Shown here piece after piece: positions 51,473 to 64,000 of a stretch of 64,000 nucleotides of DNA (position 1 is its first letter; each line of letters opens with the position of its first letter). The position numbers and the translations under genes are program-made. The notes beneath the pieces are model-generated. The model did no database searches. It was not told the DNA's origin and worked only from the letters and a program-made list of their open reading frames with translations. The stretch is from Octopus sinensis (taxonomy: Eukaryota): the NCBI RefSeq assembly GCF_006345805.1, contig NC_043012.1, forward strand, positions 5,828,001-5,892,000, written 5' to 3'.

Positions 51473-52319
51473 ACACAAGTCACCAATCAACCTTAACCCT
51501 TTGAACCCCAGATATTTGTTGTCCTGAGCACCCTCACCCCAAGTTCCCTGGGTAAAAGAGCCAAAAAAATTTATTTCCCACCTAATATTGTTTCAGTGTC
51601 ACTAAAATGTGTTTTCTTTCTCTCATATTGAAATAAAATGCCAAATAGAGGGCAACATTGTCCTTACCTCTTGTTTTTTTTCTTTCTTTTTTTGTTTTAT
51701 CGCCAATACTGGCGCTTGTGGTGCCAGCAGTTACTGTCTGCTTTTCCAATGCAGAAAATACTGGCTGGTAAAGCGGCGACTGGGGTCATCGTATTTGCGA
51801 CTGGCAGCCAGAATTTGTATTTGTATCTGTGACTGGCGGCCGGAATAGCGGCTGCTGGGGTATTTTTGTAAACAGCGCAACGTGACAGTCAGTAAACTGG
51901 CCACTGGGGTATTTGTATCTATGGCTAGTGGCCAGAATAGCGGCTGTTGGGGGTTCTGAGGGCTAAGGGTAACTAGATTATCCTTGTTGCCAGCCCCCGT
52001 CGTGTGACTTTTAGAGGGTCCCTGCAACTTTTTGTTTCTGAGACCCCATCCCTTTAATCAAAATTCATAATCTACGCACTGTTTATTCACAGCTATATTT
52101 TACTTTATTCTATCTGAAGTTCAATATTTCACGTTATCCTAAAGAACATTTAGGTAGGGACATTCATGGTACAATGCAATATTTTTACAAGAACTTTTCC
52201 CGGTACAATGTATTGCCATTTTATTTCTTGAAATTTTGCGTTAACATCGATAGTTTAATTCTTGTTCTACATCTTAACCAAAGTAAATAGCTGACTCATC
52301 TACATACTTTGATCTTCAA

Positions 52320-52386
52320 ATGGGGCCCCTCAACCGCATAGGCTCCCCTGCGACCACAGGGGTTGCAGAGGCTTAGCGATGGCCCT
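52320..52386. mobile_element. Probable hAT terminal fragment (..gggcccc..cgatggccctg)
   Basis: The reverse reads cagggccatcgctaagcc, a typical hAT terminus; the partner end was not found. Confidence 0.4.
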
Positions 52387-53864
52387 GCTGGCTGCTCTTA
52401 TGAACAAGCATGTATAACCATTGCTCCATCATCATATTAACCACCTAAGCAAAGGCCCACGAATTTTAAGCGTGTGCCATTTAAGATTTTATCATAAAAT
52501 TCTGCAATTTCTTCAATTAAAAGAAGTTTGATTCCATTCTGAAGACTTTGTGTAAACACATTTTTGTCCTTTGTGTACTTGTAGTACAATGTGTGTGTGT
52601 GTATGTGTGCGTGTGTACAAACACTTGGCTTATGGGGAAACACTGTGGCTCCTGCCCTTCTCTTGAATAATCAACATGAAAAGACAATTTGCAAATGTAT
52701 TCTGAGAAAAATATCTTTATCTTTTACATATTTCAGTCATTGGATTGTGGCCATGCTGGGGCATTGACTCAATGGGTTTAGCTAAACAAATCAACTCCAG
52801 TACTTATTGTATCAGGCCCTTTGTTGAACTGCTAAGTTATAGGGATGTAAACAAACCAACACTGGGTGCCAAGTGAGAGGGGTGCCAAGCACAATGATAC
52901 ACACGCATACATGTAGACACTCAGAGGTATATATGATGAGTTTCCACACAGTTTCCTCACAAGGCATAGGTTGGCTCATAGCTGTGGTAGAAGACACTTC
53001 ACAAGGTGCCACTTGGTAGGACTGAACCCAAAACCGTGTGGTTGCAAAGCAAGTTCCTTAACAATACAACCATGGCTGCACATTTAGGTATGATATTTTA
53101 CTGAATCCTATAGATGTAACCATGATCCATTGAGGGTGGGGTTGGAGGCCTTTACATTGTGGCTGTTATTCTTTAGCCCCGTGTCAACCTTAGCCGAGCA
53201 GACTTATGGCCAAAGACACTCCAGCCACTATCATCCTGTCTGTTTTACTATGATCAGGAAATCCAGGACCATATCATCCATCATTTTCCATGATGTTAGA
53301 ATGTGATTTTAGGGAGATTTCACTGCTCTTTCAAGTAGGCCAGGCGACCAAGTAAAAGCTCTGTTGTTCACTCTGTGTGGTTGATTTGTCTGCTAGAAAT
53401 AGATGTCATTCCTATTCAAACAGACATGAATAAAAGGAATTGCAGTTGCCTTACTCTCAAATTTATTTTATCAAGGATGACATCATTCAATGTGTTCTTC
53501 CTCATTGAAAATGCTAGAATGTGATTTGAGTTAGATTTGGTTGCTATTTCTAGCAGTTTGAATGACTGCCTATACTATCTATGTTGTTTAACCTCTGAGG
53601 CCAGCCTTTATAGTCACACCATTTCAGCTATGACCACCTCAACTCAGCTGTACTGTATCAGGAACTTGATGTGTCCTTCTTTATTTTAAACATTCAGATA
53701 TGACCTGGTAAATTTACTTGCTGTTTCTAGCTGGTCAAGCAATAATGTTTCTTGTTTGTTTCTGAGAGATACAGCGATTGTTACTGTTGATAATGTTGTT
53801 GTTGTTGCTGTTGCTGTTGTTGTTGTTGTTGCTACTGCTGCTATATCTTATCTTTTAATTGATT

Positions 53865-54320
53865 CAGTCAATAGACTGTGGCCATGCTGGAGTACAATCT
53901 AATGACTTGAAAACTTTGTCAAATGCATTGACCTCCCCCCCAAGTACTTTTTTCTTTTTTTTCTTTGGTATTTTGGTACTCATTCCATTGGTCTTTTTTT
54001 GCTGAACTGCTAAGTTACAGGAGTATAAACACACCGACATTGGTTGACAAGTGGTGGTGGTTGTGGGTGGAGGGGGACCAACAGACACAAGGAGACACAT
54101 GCATATCGGACGGCATGAAAGACGGACATTAAATGCTGATGATAACGACATACGCATAATGGGCTTCTTTCAGTTTCCCCTGTGCCAAATCCACTCACAA
54201 AGGCTTTGGTCGGCCCGAGGCTATAGGAGAAGACACTTGCCCCAGGTGCCACACAGTGGGACCGAACCTGGAACCATGTGGTTGGGAAGCAAGCTTCTCA
54301 CCTCCACAGCCAGGCCTGCA
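53865..54320 (-). mobile_element. SINE family A, interrupted by an RTE-tail fragment
   Basis: Reverse complement of the consensus. Confidence 0.75.
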
Positions 54321-55298
54321 CCTGTCATTGTTTCTGTTGTCATCAACAATTCATTTGTTGTTGTATTTGTTGTTCATTGCAGTTCTTCAATTATCTTGTC
54401 ATGTTGCATTTTATTGCAGCTGTTGTCATTGTTGTTGTTGTTGTTGCTTTCTCCCTCTCTCCCGTCTTTTTCAGTTGTTGTTGTTGTTGTTACGGTTGTT
54501 ACTTCAGGCTTCTTTCTTTTTCCTTATTCTTTTCTTTTTTTCCTTTCATTTATTCGTTCTTGCCTTTCTTTATCTCTTCTCTTTCTTTGTTGTTTTCCTT
54601 TCGCTTTTCTTTCTTTTCTTTTTCCTTTCCTTTTCTTTCCCTACCTCTCCCCACCCCCCATCTTCTTTCTTATTCCCACTTTTTCTTGTCATCTTACCTA
54701 TACTCAAATGTTGTTTTTGTTGCTGCTGTTGTTCTTCCGTTCATTGTCATTTCTTTCTCTCTTTCTCTCTCTCTCTCACACAACAATAAGAAATAATGTA
54801 GTGCCATTCTTAATTCCATGCAACCAGCACCAAACAGACAGCTGCAAAGTTTTCCAGCCTATTTCTGCTGCCAATGGATGATGCTGTTACCATTTGCTGT
54901 TGCAACATCAGTAAAATTGGTCTTGTTGACTATGATGATGATGATGATGATGGTGTTGGTGTTGGCATAGGAGGGGGGGGGTTGTTGCTGCTTGAGAATC
55001 ATACATGTCATATATATGCATGAGTGTGTGTATGTGTGTGTGTGTGTGTTAGTTTGCATGTGAGTGTGTGTGTGTATGTGTGTTGTGTAAGGAGAATCGA
55101 TAACTAAGTAGATAGAAGCAGTCACTGTTTCTTTAAGGCTACACACTCACAGACACACACACACACATATACATGTACACACATATGCATACACATACGT
55201 ACACGCATTACAGCCATTGTAAATGCTTATTGAGAGGGATGACTCATAGAAGAAGATATCACAAGGAGCGTGTGTGTGTGTGTGTGTGTGTGTTTGTG

Positions 55299-55342
<44 letters not shown>

Positions 55343-55492
55343 GCTGCTTCTTCCTTCAAGTCAGAGAAGCTGTTTCTGTGTATGTGTGCGAATGTACATC
55401 TACAGGGTGACTTAAATGTCCGTTTTACTATGTATGTATGTGTATATATGTGTGTATGTGTCTGTGCATGTGTGTGTGTGTATATACATACA

Positions 55493-55540
<48 letters not shown>

Positions 55541-55552
55541 TATATATGTAAG

Positions 55553-55674
55553 CGCAGGCATGGCTGTGTGGTAAGAAGCTTGCTTTCCAATTGCATGGTT
55601 CTAGGTTCAATCCTACTATAGCTTCAGGCCGACAAATGTCTTGTGAGTGGATTTGATGAAAGAAGCCTGTCATA

Positions 55675-55705
<31 letters not shown>

Positions 55706-56495
55706 ATCTATCTATGAGTGTATCAGTGTCTGTATTCAACTTCCACCACCACTTGTCAACCAGTGATGATGTGTTTACATCCCCGTAACTTAGCAGTTCA
55801 GCAAAAGAGACCAATACAGTAAGTACTAGGCTTTAAAAAAAAAGAATAAGTCCTGGGGTTGATTTGTTCAACTAAGACCCTTCAAAGTGGTGCCCCAGTA
55901 TAGCTACAATCAAACAACTGAAACAAGTAAAAGAATGTGGCTGTGTGGTAAGAAACTTGCTTCCCAACCACATGGTTCTGGGTTCAGTCCCACTGCGTGG
56001 CACTTTGAGCAAGTGTCTTCTACTATAGCCTTGGGCCAACCAAAGCCTTGTGAGTGGATTTGGTAGACGGAAACTGAAAGAAGCCCATCATATATATATA
56101 TATATATATATATCTTTACTCTCTCTTCTACTTGTTTCAGTCATTTGACTGTGGCCATGCTGGAGCACTGCCTTTAGTCGAGAAAATCGACCTCGGGACT
56201 TATTCTTCATAAGCCTAGTACTTATTCTATCGGTCTCTCTTGCCGCACCGCTAAGTTATGGGGACGTAAACACACCAGCATCGGTTGTCAAGCGATGTTG
56301 GGGGCACAAACACAAACACACACACACACATATATATACATATATATGATGGGCTTCTTTCAGTCTCCGTCTACCAAATCCACTCACAAGGCTTTGATCA
56401 GATCGAGGCTATAGTAGAAGACACTTACCCAAGGTGCCATGCAGTGGGACTGAATCCGGAACCATGTGGTTTGGTGAGCAAGCTACTTACCACAC
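55553..56495. mobile_element. Cluster of three SINE A copies: + full (55553-55935), + head (55936-56090), - full (56115-56495)
   Basis: Match to the consensus in both orientations. Confidence 0.85.
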
Positions 56496-56498
56496 ATA

Positions 56499-56769
56499 TA
56501 GTGGAACTTCTTCCTGAAGGCTATGTATCACCCAAAATGTTCTCAAACAGAAACTGTTTTCCCCATGGTGGTGATTTCGAGCTGGGATGTGCACTGAGTG
56601 AAAGCTAAACAGCGACTGACACCCTCTTGCTGATGCTCCCAGCTCATCACCAATCATCGGAGTCATTCGTGTTCATTACTTGAAATACCTAAGATGTTCT
56701 GCATTTGAAAAACGGTTTGTAAACTGATTTTCTCATGATGAGAAGCATTCGTAAACCAAAGTTCCTCTA
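56499..56769. mobile_element. pogo/Tigger-like MITE
   Basis: ta|tagtggaactt ... ttcgtaaaccaaagttcctcta|ta; 12/13 inverted match including the TA flanks. Confidence 0.6.
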
Positions 56770-56772
56770 TAT

Positions 56773-57250
56773 CAGGGATTCTCAACCGGGATCCATATAG
56801 CCCTTGATGGTTTATATAAGATTTTCGGAGGTCCACTCAGCAAAATAGTTAATTGGGAATCCAGAAGAGTATTTTAAGGGCCCCTGAAAAAAAGTTTTGT
56901 TTTAGATATATGTATTGCAAAAAACAGCTGGGTTTCTTTGATGGTTTATATAAGATTTTCGGGGGTCCACTCAGCAAAATAGTTAATTGGGAATCCACAA
57001 GATTATTTTAAGGGCCCCTGAAAAAAAAGTTTTGTTTTAGATATATATGTATTGCAAGAAACAGCTGGGTTTCTTTCTCTGACACTTTACATAATTCAAC
57101 CTACACAAGTTAATGGGTGGAAAACAAAACAGGAATTTTGGAAGAAACTTCTAGAAAACTAGTTTTTAAAAATTGAATAGCAATGGGGGTCCACCAGAAT
57201 AAAATAACAATCAAAGGGGTCCATTGGTTAAAAATGGTTGAGAACCCCTG
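56773..57250. mobile_element. hAT MITE with an internal 134-bp tandem duplication
   Basis: TIRs cagggattctcaacc / ggttgagaacccctg; TSD ctctatat / ttctatat (7/8); the duplicated block starts at 56806 and 56940. Confidence 0.9.
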
Positions 57251-57616
57251 TTCTATATAAAGGACGATTTAAGTCACTTCCAGCATATATATTCATTCTT
57301 GGACTTGCAGGTTTGGAGCAATGTGTTTTTGAAGAAGGAAAATAACATTTTGCATTGCTCCATTCTACACAGCGGGGAAAGAGTACCAGCTGAGTAAGGG
57401 ATGGAGTTGGAGATTCCTTCTCCTCTTCTATCTGTTATATCCCGGATGTTCGACTGAGTAAAGGTGAACGGGTGCGGAAGTGTGTCAAGAGTGTGTTTGT
57501 GCCTGCTCATAGCTACACAGGGAGACCTAAAGCAGTTGGTGAAATCATGCTACATGCTACCAAGTAACCATTGATTCCGAGCGACAGGCATAGCGAAAAA
57601 ATAGATACACACATAC

Positions 57617-57655
<39 letters not shown>

Positions 57656-58606
57656 CCATTTTTAGGACAGTGATGCATGTTTTGATAAAAGTGTTCCTCT
57701 AAAATATACAAAACATCAAAAGATATTCAAAACAAAATACCAAATATTCTAAAAATATATAAAAACATTCTAACAAAACAAAAACAAAAAAACAAGATTT
57801 TATATATCATTTAAATGCTAAAGAGATTTTCTGACTCATTCTGCATGTGTGTATGTGTATATTCTTTTATTCTTTTACTTGTTTCAGTCATCAGGCTGTG
57901 GCCATGCTGGAGCTCTGACTTGAGGAATTTTGGTTTAAAGAATGAACCATAGTACTCCTTTTTTTTTTCTTTCTTTCTTTTTAAGCTGGTACTTATTATA
58001 TTGGTGTCTTTTGCTGAACTGCTAACTTAGAGGGATATAAACACGCCAACACACACATGCACAGTTGATGGGCTTCTTTCAGTTTCTGAAGGCTTTGGTT
58101 GACCCATGCCTGCAGCAGACGACTTCTGCCCATGGTACCATGCAGTGAGACTGAACCTGAAACCATGTGGTTAGCAACGTTTGTGCCTAGCCACAGTAGC
58201 ACAAGTATTAATACTGAATGGCAATTTTTGTATCCCACTCAATGTGGATATATTATTACAGTGCTGCATTGCTGTGGTATCCATTTTGAGAGACCCCCGC
58301 ATATAGATGTACTGTGTTAAGAGCACTGACATAACATCACTAGCAGATGAGAATCATCCAGTATGTGTGCTAGAAGTGCTAGATCCTGTAATTTCAACAT
58401 ACATGCGCTTCCTCAGTTGCAGGCATATGCTTGCAGCTTCCTAGCCAGATCTCACTACCAATGGTGTATAGAATAACAGTGACTATTCAGTCACTGATGT
58501 TGCAAATAGCCTGCAGGTTTATTTTTTAAAATAATTATTACTAACTGAAGCAGTATTTATACTGAACACCAATCTTTATATCCTATTTAATGAGGATGTG
58601 TTAATA

Positions 58607-58820
58607 GAATGTTGGCCCAAAAGTAGGTTTATAGTTATCACGTAGGCATTTTCAATTTCTTTTAAAATGTTTTATTACATTTAAATTTTCTAAGTTAAAA
58701 TTAGCTAAATTAGCATAGAATACTGGTTTCATATTTTTTTATAATCAAGATCTGAACTGTTAATATATGAATGCGAAAGAGATAGTTAAATAACTGTAAA
58801 CCTACTTTTGGGCCACCCTG
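58607..58820. mobile_element. Tc1/mariner-superfamily MITE
   Basis: Inverted ends ggcccaaaagtaggtttatagtt / aactgtaaacctacttttgggccaccctg|ta. Confidence 0.8.
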
Positions 58821-59067
58821 TATATCAGTAAAGTTTTACAAATACCTGCGCATGCATTTTTATCGTTTTCCTTGTTTCAGTTCATTGGATTGTGACTATG
58901 ATGACGCCACAGCCAATCTCTTGGAAGGTTTAGTTGACCAAATCAGTTCAGTACTCTAAAACTGGTACTTATTCTGTCACACTCTATTTTCCAAACCACT
59001 AAGTTGTTTACTGGATCATGACTGACCTACAACTAAACATTGTCATTATTACCAATCTTTGCTATGT

Positions 59068-59275
59068 TCATCATCATCATCATCGTTTAACGTCCGTTTT
59101 CCGTGATAGCACAGGTTGGACGGTTCGACCGGGGTTTGGGAAGCCAGGAGGCTGCACTAGGCTCCAGTCTGATCTGGCAGTGTTTCTACAGCTGGATGCC
59201 CTTCCTAACGCCAACCACTCTGAGTGTAGTGGGTGCTTTTTATGTGCCACTGGTACAGGTGCCAGGGAAGGCTGG
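59068..59275 (-). mobile_element. RTE-LINE 3'-end fragment
   Basis: Matches the reverse of 46640-46844. Confidence 0.85.
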
Positions 59276-59768
59276 CTCTGAGCTTAAATTCTGCCGAGTT
59301 TGACTTTCATCCTTTCAGGGTCAATAAATGAAGTACCAGTTACATACTGGGGTTAATCTAATTGACTGGCCCCCCACCTTCCCCAAAATTTCAGGCCTTG
59401 TGCCTATAATAGAAAGAATATCATTATAAAGTGGCGAGCTGGCAGAATCGTTAGCATGCCAGCAACTGAGGTAGGTAGGTGCAACCCACACCATCCTTTA
59501 CACTGGTTGGTGCCCATTCTCCGTTGCTATCATGAGGCTTTTTTGGAGCTGGATTTTCTACGGGGTGCATGCCCTTGCTTACCCCCAACCTCAGTTTCTA
59601 GACATGTGGTCCCGACACCAAGGCCTCTACCACGATTTTTAAGAAATGTGGTGGAAAACTAGCTCAGAAAGGCAGGGACGCTACTCCCTGAGACCCCTTT
59701 TGGAGCCCCACTACCTTTATATACATACACACATATATATGTCAATATGTGTCTGTAACTGTATATAC

Positions 59769-59799
<31 letters not shown>

Positions 59800-59809
59800 T
59801 GTATATATA

Positions 59810-60040
59810 TTTCTTTACTACCCACAAGGGGCTAATAACACAGAGGGGACAAACAAGGACAGACAAAGGGATTAAGTCGATTACATCGACCCCAGTGCGT
59901 AACTGGTACTTAATTTATCGACCCCGAAAGGATGAAAGGCAAAGTCGACCTCGGCAGAATTTGAACTCGGAACGTATCGACAGACGAAAAACAGCTACGC
60001 ATTTCGCCCGGCGTGGTAATGGTTCTGCTAGCTCGCCGCC
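59810..60040 (-). mobile_element. SINE family B, full-length, CpG-retaining
   Basis: Reverse complement of 6727-6935. Confidence 0.88.
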
Positions 60041-60585
60041 TGTATGTATATATGTGTATATATATGTGTGTGTGTGTCTGTATGTATGTATATGTATGTC
60101 TGTATCTGTGTGTGTATAAACACAAAGAAACCCATCCATACTTCTCTGCCTCATTGTGTCTGGAATGAACTGTGAATTCATTTCTGAGATAATTGCTTCC
60201 ATTTCTGTCATGACTAATTTACTAAGGAATGGTTCTCCTGTTATTATCATTATGGAACTCTATTAAGACGGTAGTATTTTTAAACATGACCTCACAATTT
60301 GACCTCTTTCTTTACTAATTTGACCTCTTTCTTTACTAATTTGGGTGTAATACTTTATTTTACACTCAAGACTATCACATTACATATTTAGATGTATTTA
60401 TGCAGTTATACATGAAGATTGCGCTTGCATGTGGCACAGAACTCTGAGTAGCAATGGAGGAATCATGAAGCTTCAAATGAATAAATCCTGCTACATGCAT
60501 TGAGTACTATATCTTTTGTGAGGCCCCTGGCCTTACCAGCTTCTTGATAGTAACTGGCAAGGCCAGGCATGTATATATTTATGTG

Positions 60586-60800
60586 CAAGGGAGAGCTGAA
60601 AAGTTCCTGGATTTGAGTAAAAAAAAAATACAGTCGGATCAGTTAATTATGATTTTATACAGAATATTCACCTCTTGGATTCACCTGCTTATTGCAGCGG
60701 TCCTTCAGTTTTTCCAAGCCTTGTAAAAGAACTTGGAAGTTTGGGCTTCCAACCAAGCTTTTCATAATACTCTTAAAACCAGGAACTTTTCAGCACTGCC

Positions 60801-60803
<3 letters not shown>
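60586..60803. mobile_element. Mariner-type MITE
   Basis: TIRs caagggagagctgaaaagttcctgg / ccaggaacttttcagcactgccttg. Confidence 0.8.
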
Positions 60804-60841
<38 letters not shown>

Positions 60842-60916
60842 TGTGGCATTAAGAATGAAATATCTGATTTTGAACTGAAAATTTATTTTACTTTATCTCA
60901 ACAAAAAGCAATGCAG

Positions 60917-61413
60917 TTAATCAAAGTATGTACCTAAATTATCAGCACAATTTTGCCATCTTATCGATGGCAGCGAAGAAGTTTGGAGAATGAAATCACA
61001 AAAGGCTGTTTTTGCATCTTCTTCAGATTTGAAGTTTTTTCCTTGCAAAAAGTTGTCTAATGCCTGAAAAATAGTCAGTGCAAGGTCTGGTGAATATGGT
61101 GGATGACAGACTACTTCCAAGTTCGGTTCCTGTAACTTGAGTAGCGTTCTTTGTGTAACATGTGGTCAAACATCATCTTGCAAGAGAATTGACCTGTCTC
61201 TGTTGACCAATCTCGGTTTAATTGCAAGTTCACTCATCATTTCATCCAATTGGTTGATGTATTCATCCGCTGTAACTGACTTACCAGGTCTCATGAAGCT
61301 GTTGTGGGTGATACCAGCACTGGACCACCAAACAGACACCATTAGCTAGTTTTGGTGAATATTCTTTTTTGGGTTGTGTTTTGGCACTTCATCTCTATCC
61401 AATCACCATTGCA
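60917..61413 (-). pseudogene. Decayed mariner DD34D transposase C-terminal half, Hsmar1/cecropia-like
   Basis: Translation QW*LDRDEVPKHNPKKNIHQN*LMVSVWWSSAG..RSILLQDDV*PHVTQRTLLKLQEPNLEVVCHPPYSPDLA..LDNFLQGKNFKSEEDAKTAF..RWQNCADNLGTYFD*, with internal stops and deletions. Confidence 0.92.
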
Positions 61414-62611
61414 GATATTTATTAACTTAAAATAAAATTAAATAAAACAAATTTCTCAATTGTATAACTCTTAAGGTAACTACTCTGTTATTTACTTCAC
61501 TTGCACTGTATGTGTGTCTATAGTATTCCTTTACTCATTACCTGCCACTAAACCTTGTATGTGCACTCTTCCAGCACTTCTCTCTGTATCTCGCTTTTAC
61601 ACACACACTCTCTCTCTCTCCACATCTCTGTATATGATGCAAAACATCACTAGTGAAAGCAATTAACCAACCAACATATATATATATATATATATATTGG
61701 CCATTGTGTGTTTGTGTGTGTTCATTTTTATGTCCATCTTTCCATGTGAGCATGGGTTCACAACTGGATGCTCCTCTTGTCACCTCTTAACTGTTTTTCA
61801 AATAAGGGATACTTTTATTCCCAATGTCTTTGAAAGTACAAACCTAGCAGAAGATTTGTTGTCAGAGAATTGTCGACAAAGTTTACCATTTTTAGTGAGC
61901 ACAGAATGTAAACATCTATACACATGGATAGGCTCCTTTCAGTTCTGTCGCCCAAATCCGCTCTCAAAGCTTTGCTCAGCCTAGGGCTGTAGTAAAAGGT
62001 CCAAGTACCATACAGCCAAGCCTGTGCTTCAATATATTCAATTAGAATCTTACAGATCATGTTCTGTGTTCATGTTTTCAGAAACAGGACTGAGGCCACA
62101 CTGTCATAGTCCCTTGAAGGGCTTTAATCATTTGTTATAACCATAAAATGTATCTTGTTGAATCACCAATTTATACTTTGACTTAAAGGTACATGGCTTC
62201 ACTCACTCATTTATACTGATTGATAATGATTTTTACTGCTAAATGAACACACACACAAACACTCACATGCACGCGTGCACACACAAACACACCTTACCCA
62301 TGGGTTTCAACTCAAGTTTCTGTCTACCAAATTCCAGTCAAAAGACATTGGTCATTCTGAAATTGCTTTTGGAAGTACTTGCCCAAACTGCTGTGCAATG
62401 AAATTGAACCCAAAGTAGAAAACGGACCTAGCCGTGTGGCTATAACTATACATGCACGGATGTGTGTGTGCATGTTTGACCTCACAGACAAGAGGAAGAA
62501 GATACTCGATACAGAAGATTGCAAATACTTGTTGTGGTGGTGAGATTACTTCCTGTTATAGCTCCAGTGTGTCATGAACACTGCTGATTGTGTAACTAGT
62601 TCATGTATATA

Positions 62612-62998
62612 CTCTTTACTTGTTTCAGTCATTTGACTGTGGCTATGCTGGAGCACCACCTTTTAGTCGAGTAAATCGACCCCAGGACTTATTCTTTGTA
62701 AGCCTAGTACTTATTCTATCAGTCTCTTTTGCTGAACCGCTAAGTTACAGGGACGTAAACACACCATCGTCGGTTGTCAAGCAATGGTGGGTGGACAAAC
62801 ACAGACACACAAACATATATATATACATATATACGATGGGCTTCTTCCAGTTTCCGTCTACCAAATCCACTCACAAGGCTTTGGTCGACCTGAGGCTATA
62901 GTAGAAGTCACTTGCCCAAGGTGCCACGCAGGTGGGAATGAACCCGGAACCATGTGGTTGGTAAGCAAGCTACTTACCACACAGCCACTCCTGCGCCT
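62612..62998 (-). mobile_element. SINE family A, full-length
   Basis: Reverse complement of the consensus. Confidence 0.9.
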
Positions 62999-63379
62999 AT
63001 GTAGAATAATATTTAGAACCAAGAACATTTATGAAGGGCCGGTCATCATCATCATTTAACATCTGTTTTTCATGCTAGCATAGCTCGGATGGTTTAACAG
63101 GAGCTGATAAGGCTGGGGCATGTACCAAATTCCATTATCTTTTCTGGCATGGTTTCTATTGCCTGATGCCCTTCCTAACACCAGCCACTTTTCAGAGTGT
63201 ACTAGGTGCTTTTATGTGACACCAGCACCAGTACTTTTTACATGGTATCATCCTCAGTCACTGGATTGAAAATGGGTTGATTGGAAACTTATATATATGG
63301 CCTCATGGAGGTGGCTGAGTTCCTTGCGGGTGTTGGGCCTCACAGAGGCAGTAACCAAGACCCTTGGCATTTAATTAAT

Positions 63380-63505
63380 TTATCGATCCCGAAAGGATGA
63401 AAGGCAAAGTCGACCTCGGCGGAATTTGAACTCAGAACGTAACGACAGAAGAAATACGGCTAAGCATTTTGCCCGTTGTGCTAACGTTTCTGCCATTCAC
63501 CGCCT
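63380..63505 (-). mobile_element. SINE family B head
   Basis: Reverse complement of the 6727-6850 region. Confidence 0.8.
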
Positions 63506-63555
63506 TTCAAGTACAGTATATTTCCAAAGGTTTTGGCTCCGATTGAACCATTTTG

Positions 63556-63586
<31 letters not shown>

Positions 63587-64000
63587 AAAAGATAATAAAA
63601 ATATTGTAGGGTGCACACACATATACAAATAGCGAAAGGCAAAGCATAAAGACTGATATCATTTTCCTATGAAAGGTGCAAGCAAATAAGTCCAAAATCC
63701 CACACAAGCATATTCACATTCTTTCTTTCTTTATTTACTTTGAATTTTGGGTGATATAGATACGATGCAAAGATTATTTGTTTTATGCTTTTTATGTGAT
63801 GCTTCTGTGTCTTTCAGTAGTATATTCTCTCATCTTGTCGTATCTGTCTCAACTTATGTTATCCAGTTTATCTATCTTAAATTGTCTCCCCTGGGATAGG
63901 ATGCTAAGAGCCACCGATTTGAACTCACTCTGGTCTTTTGTAGTCCAAAATTTCCCCCCCACTTTTTGTTTTTATGCTTTTACACAGAGATATATATGTT

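Noticed and set aside
54051-54881. 276-aa hydrophobic ORF resembling a membrane protein
   Set aside because: A chimera of antisense SINE, (GTT)n and a polypyrimidine tract; the F/L/S richness is compositional.
59685-59696. 12-nt match to the 5' end of miR-125 (tccctgagaccc)
   Set aside because: The sequence diverges after position 12 and there is no complementary star arm or hairpin; consistent with chance.

Overview
AT-rich, repeat-saturated animal genomic DNA. The SINE sequences, (TA)n/(CA)n/(GAT)n microsatellite load and RTE LINE point to an Octopus genome; this is inference from repeat identity. Most long ORFs in the supplied track are translated microsatellites or SINE chimeras. Only two protein-homologous segments are recognisable. 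One is a 5'-truncated RTE-clade LINE (about 44578-46844, +) whose reverse transcriptase carries a PHD-type zinc finger between RT motifs 6 and 7. The other is a decayed Hsmar1-like mariner transposase (about 60917-61413, -). The rest is at least three tRNA-derived SINE families (the main one has more than 20 copies), RTE 3'-end fragments, hAT, Tc1/mariner, pogo-like and piggyBac-like MITEs, a non-autonomous Helitron inserted in a 49-bp minisatellite, a 588-bp tandem duplication and two degenerate motif arrays. Several unique-sequence islands have canonical splice sites and open frames on the - strand, suggesting the window may be mostly intron of a large unidentified gene (low to moderate confidence). 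The most intriguing observations are a hammerhead-ribozyme-like motif in a Penelope-like fragment (4784-4822, -), the PHD-in-RT LINE and the 22-bp phased motif array (807-1200). No rRNA, true tRNA or CRISPR array was found. SINE and fragment boundaries are approximate.
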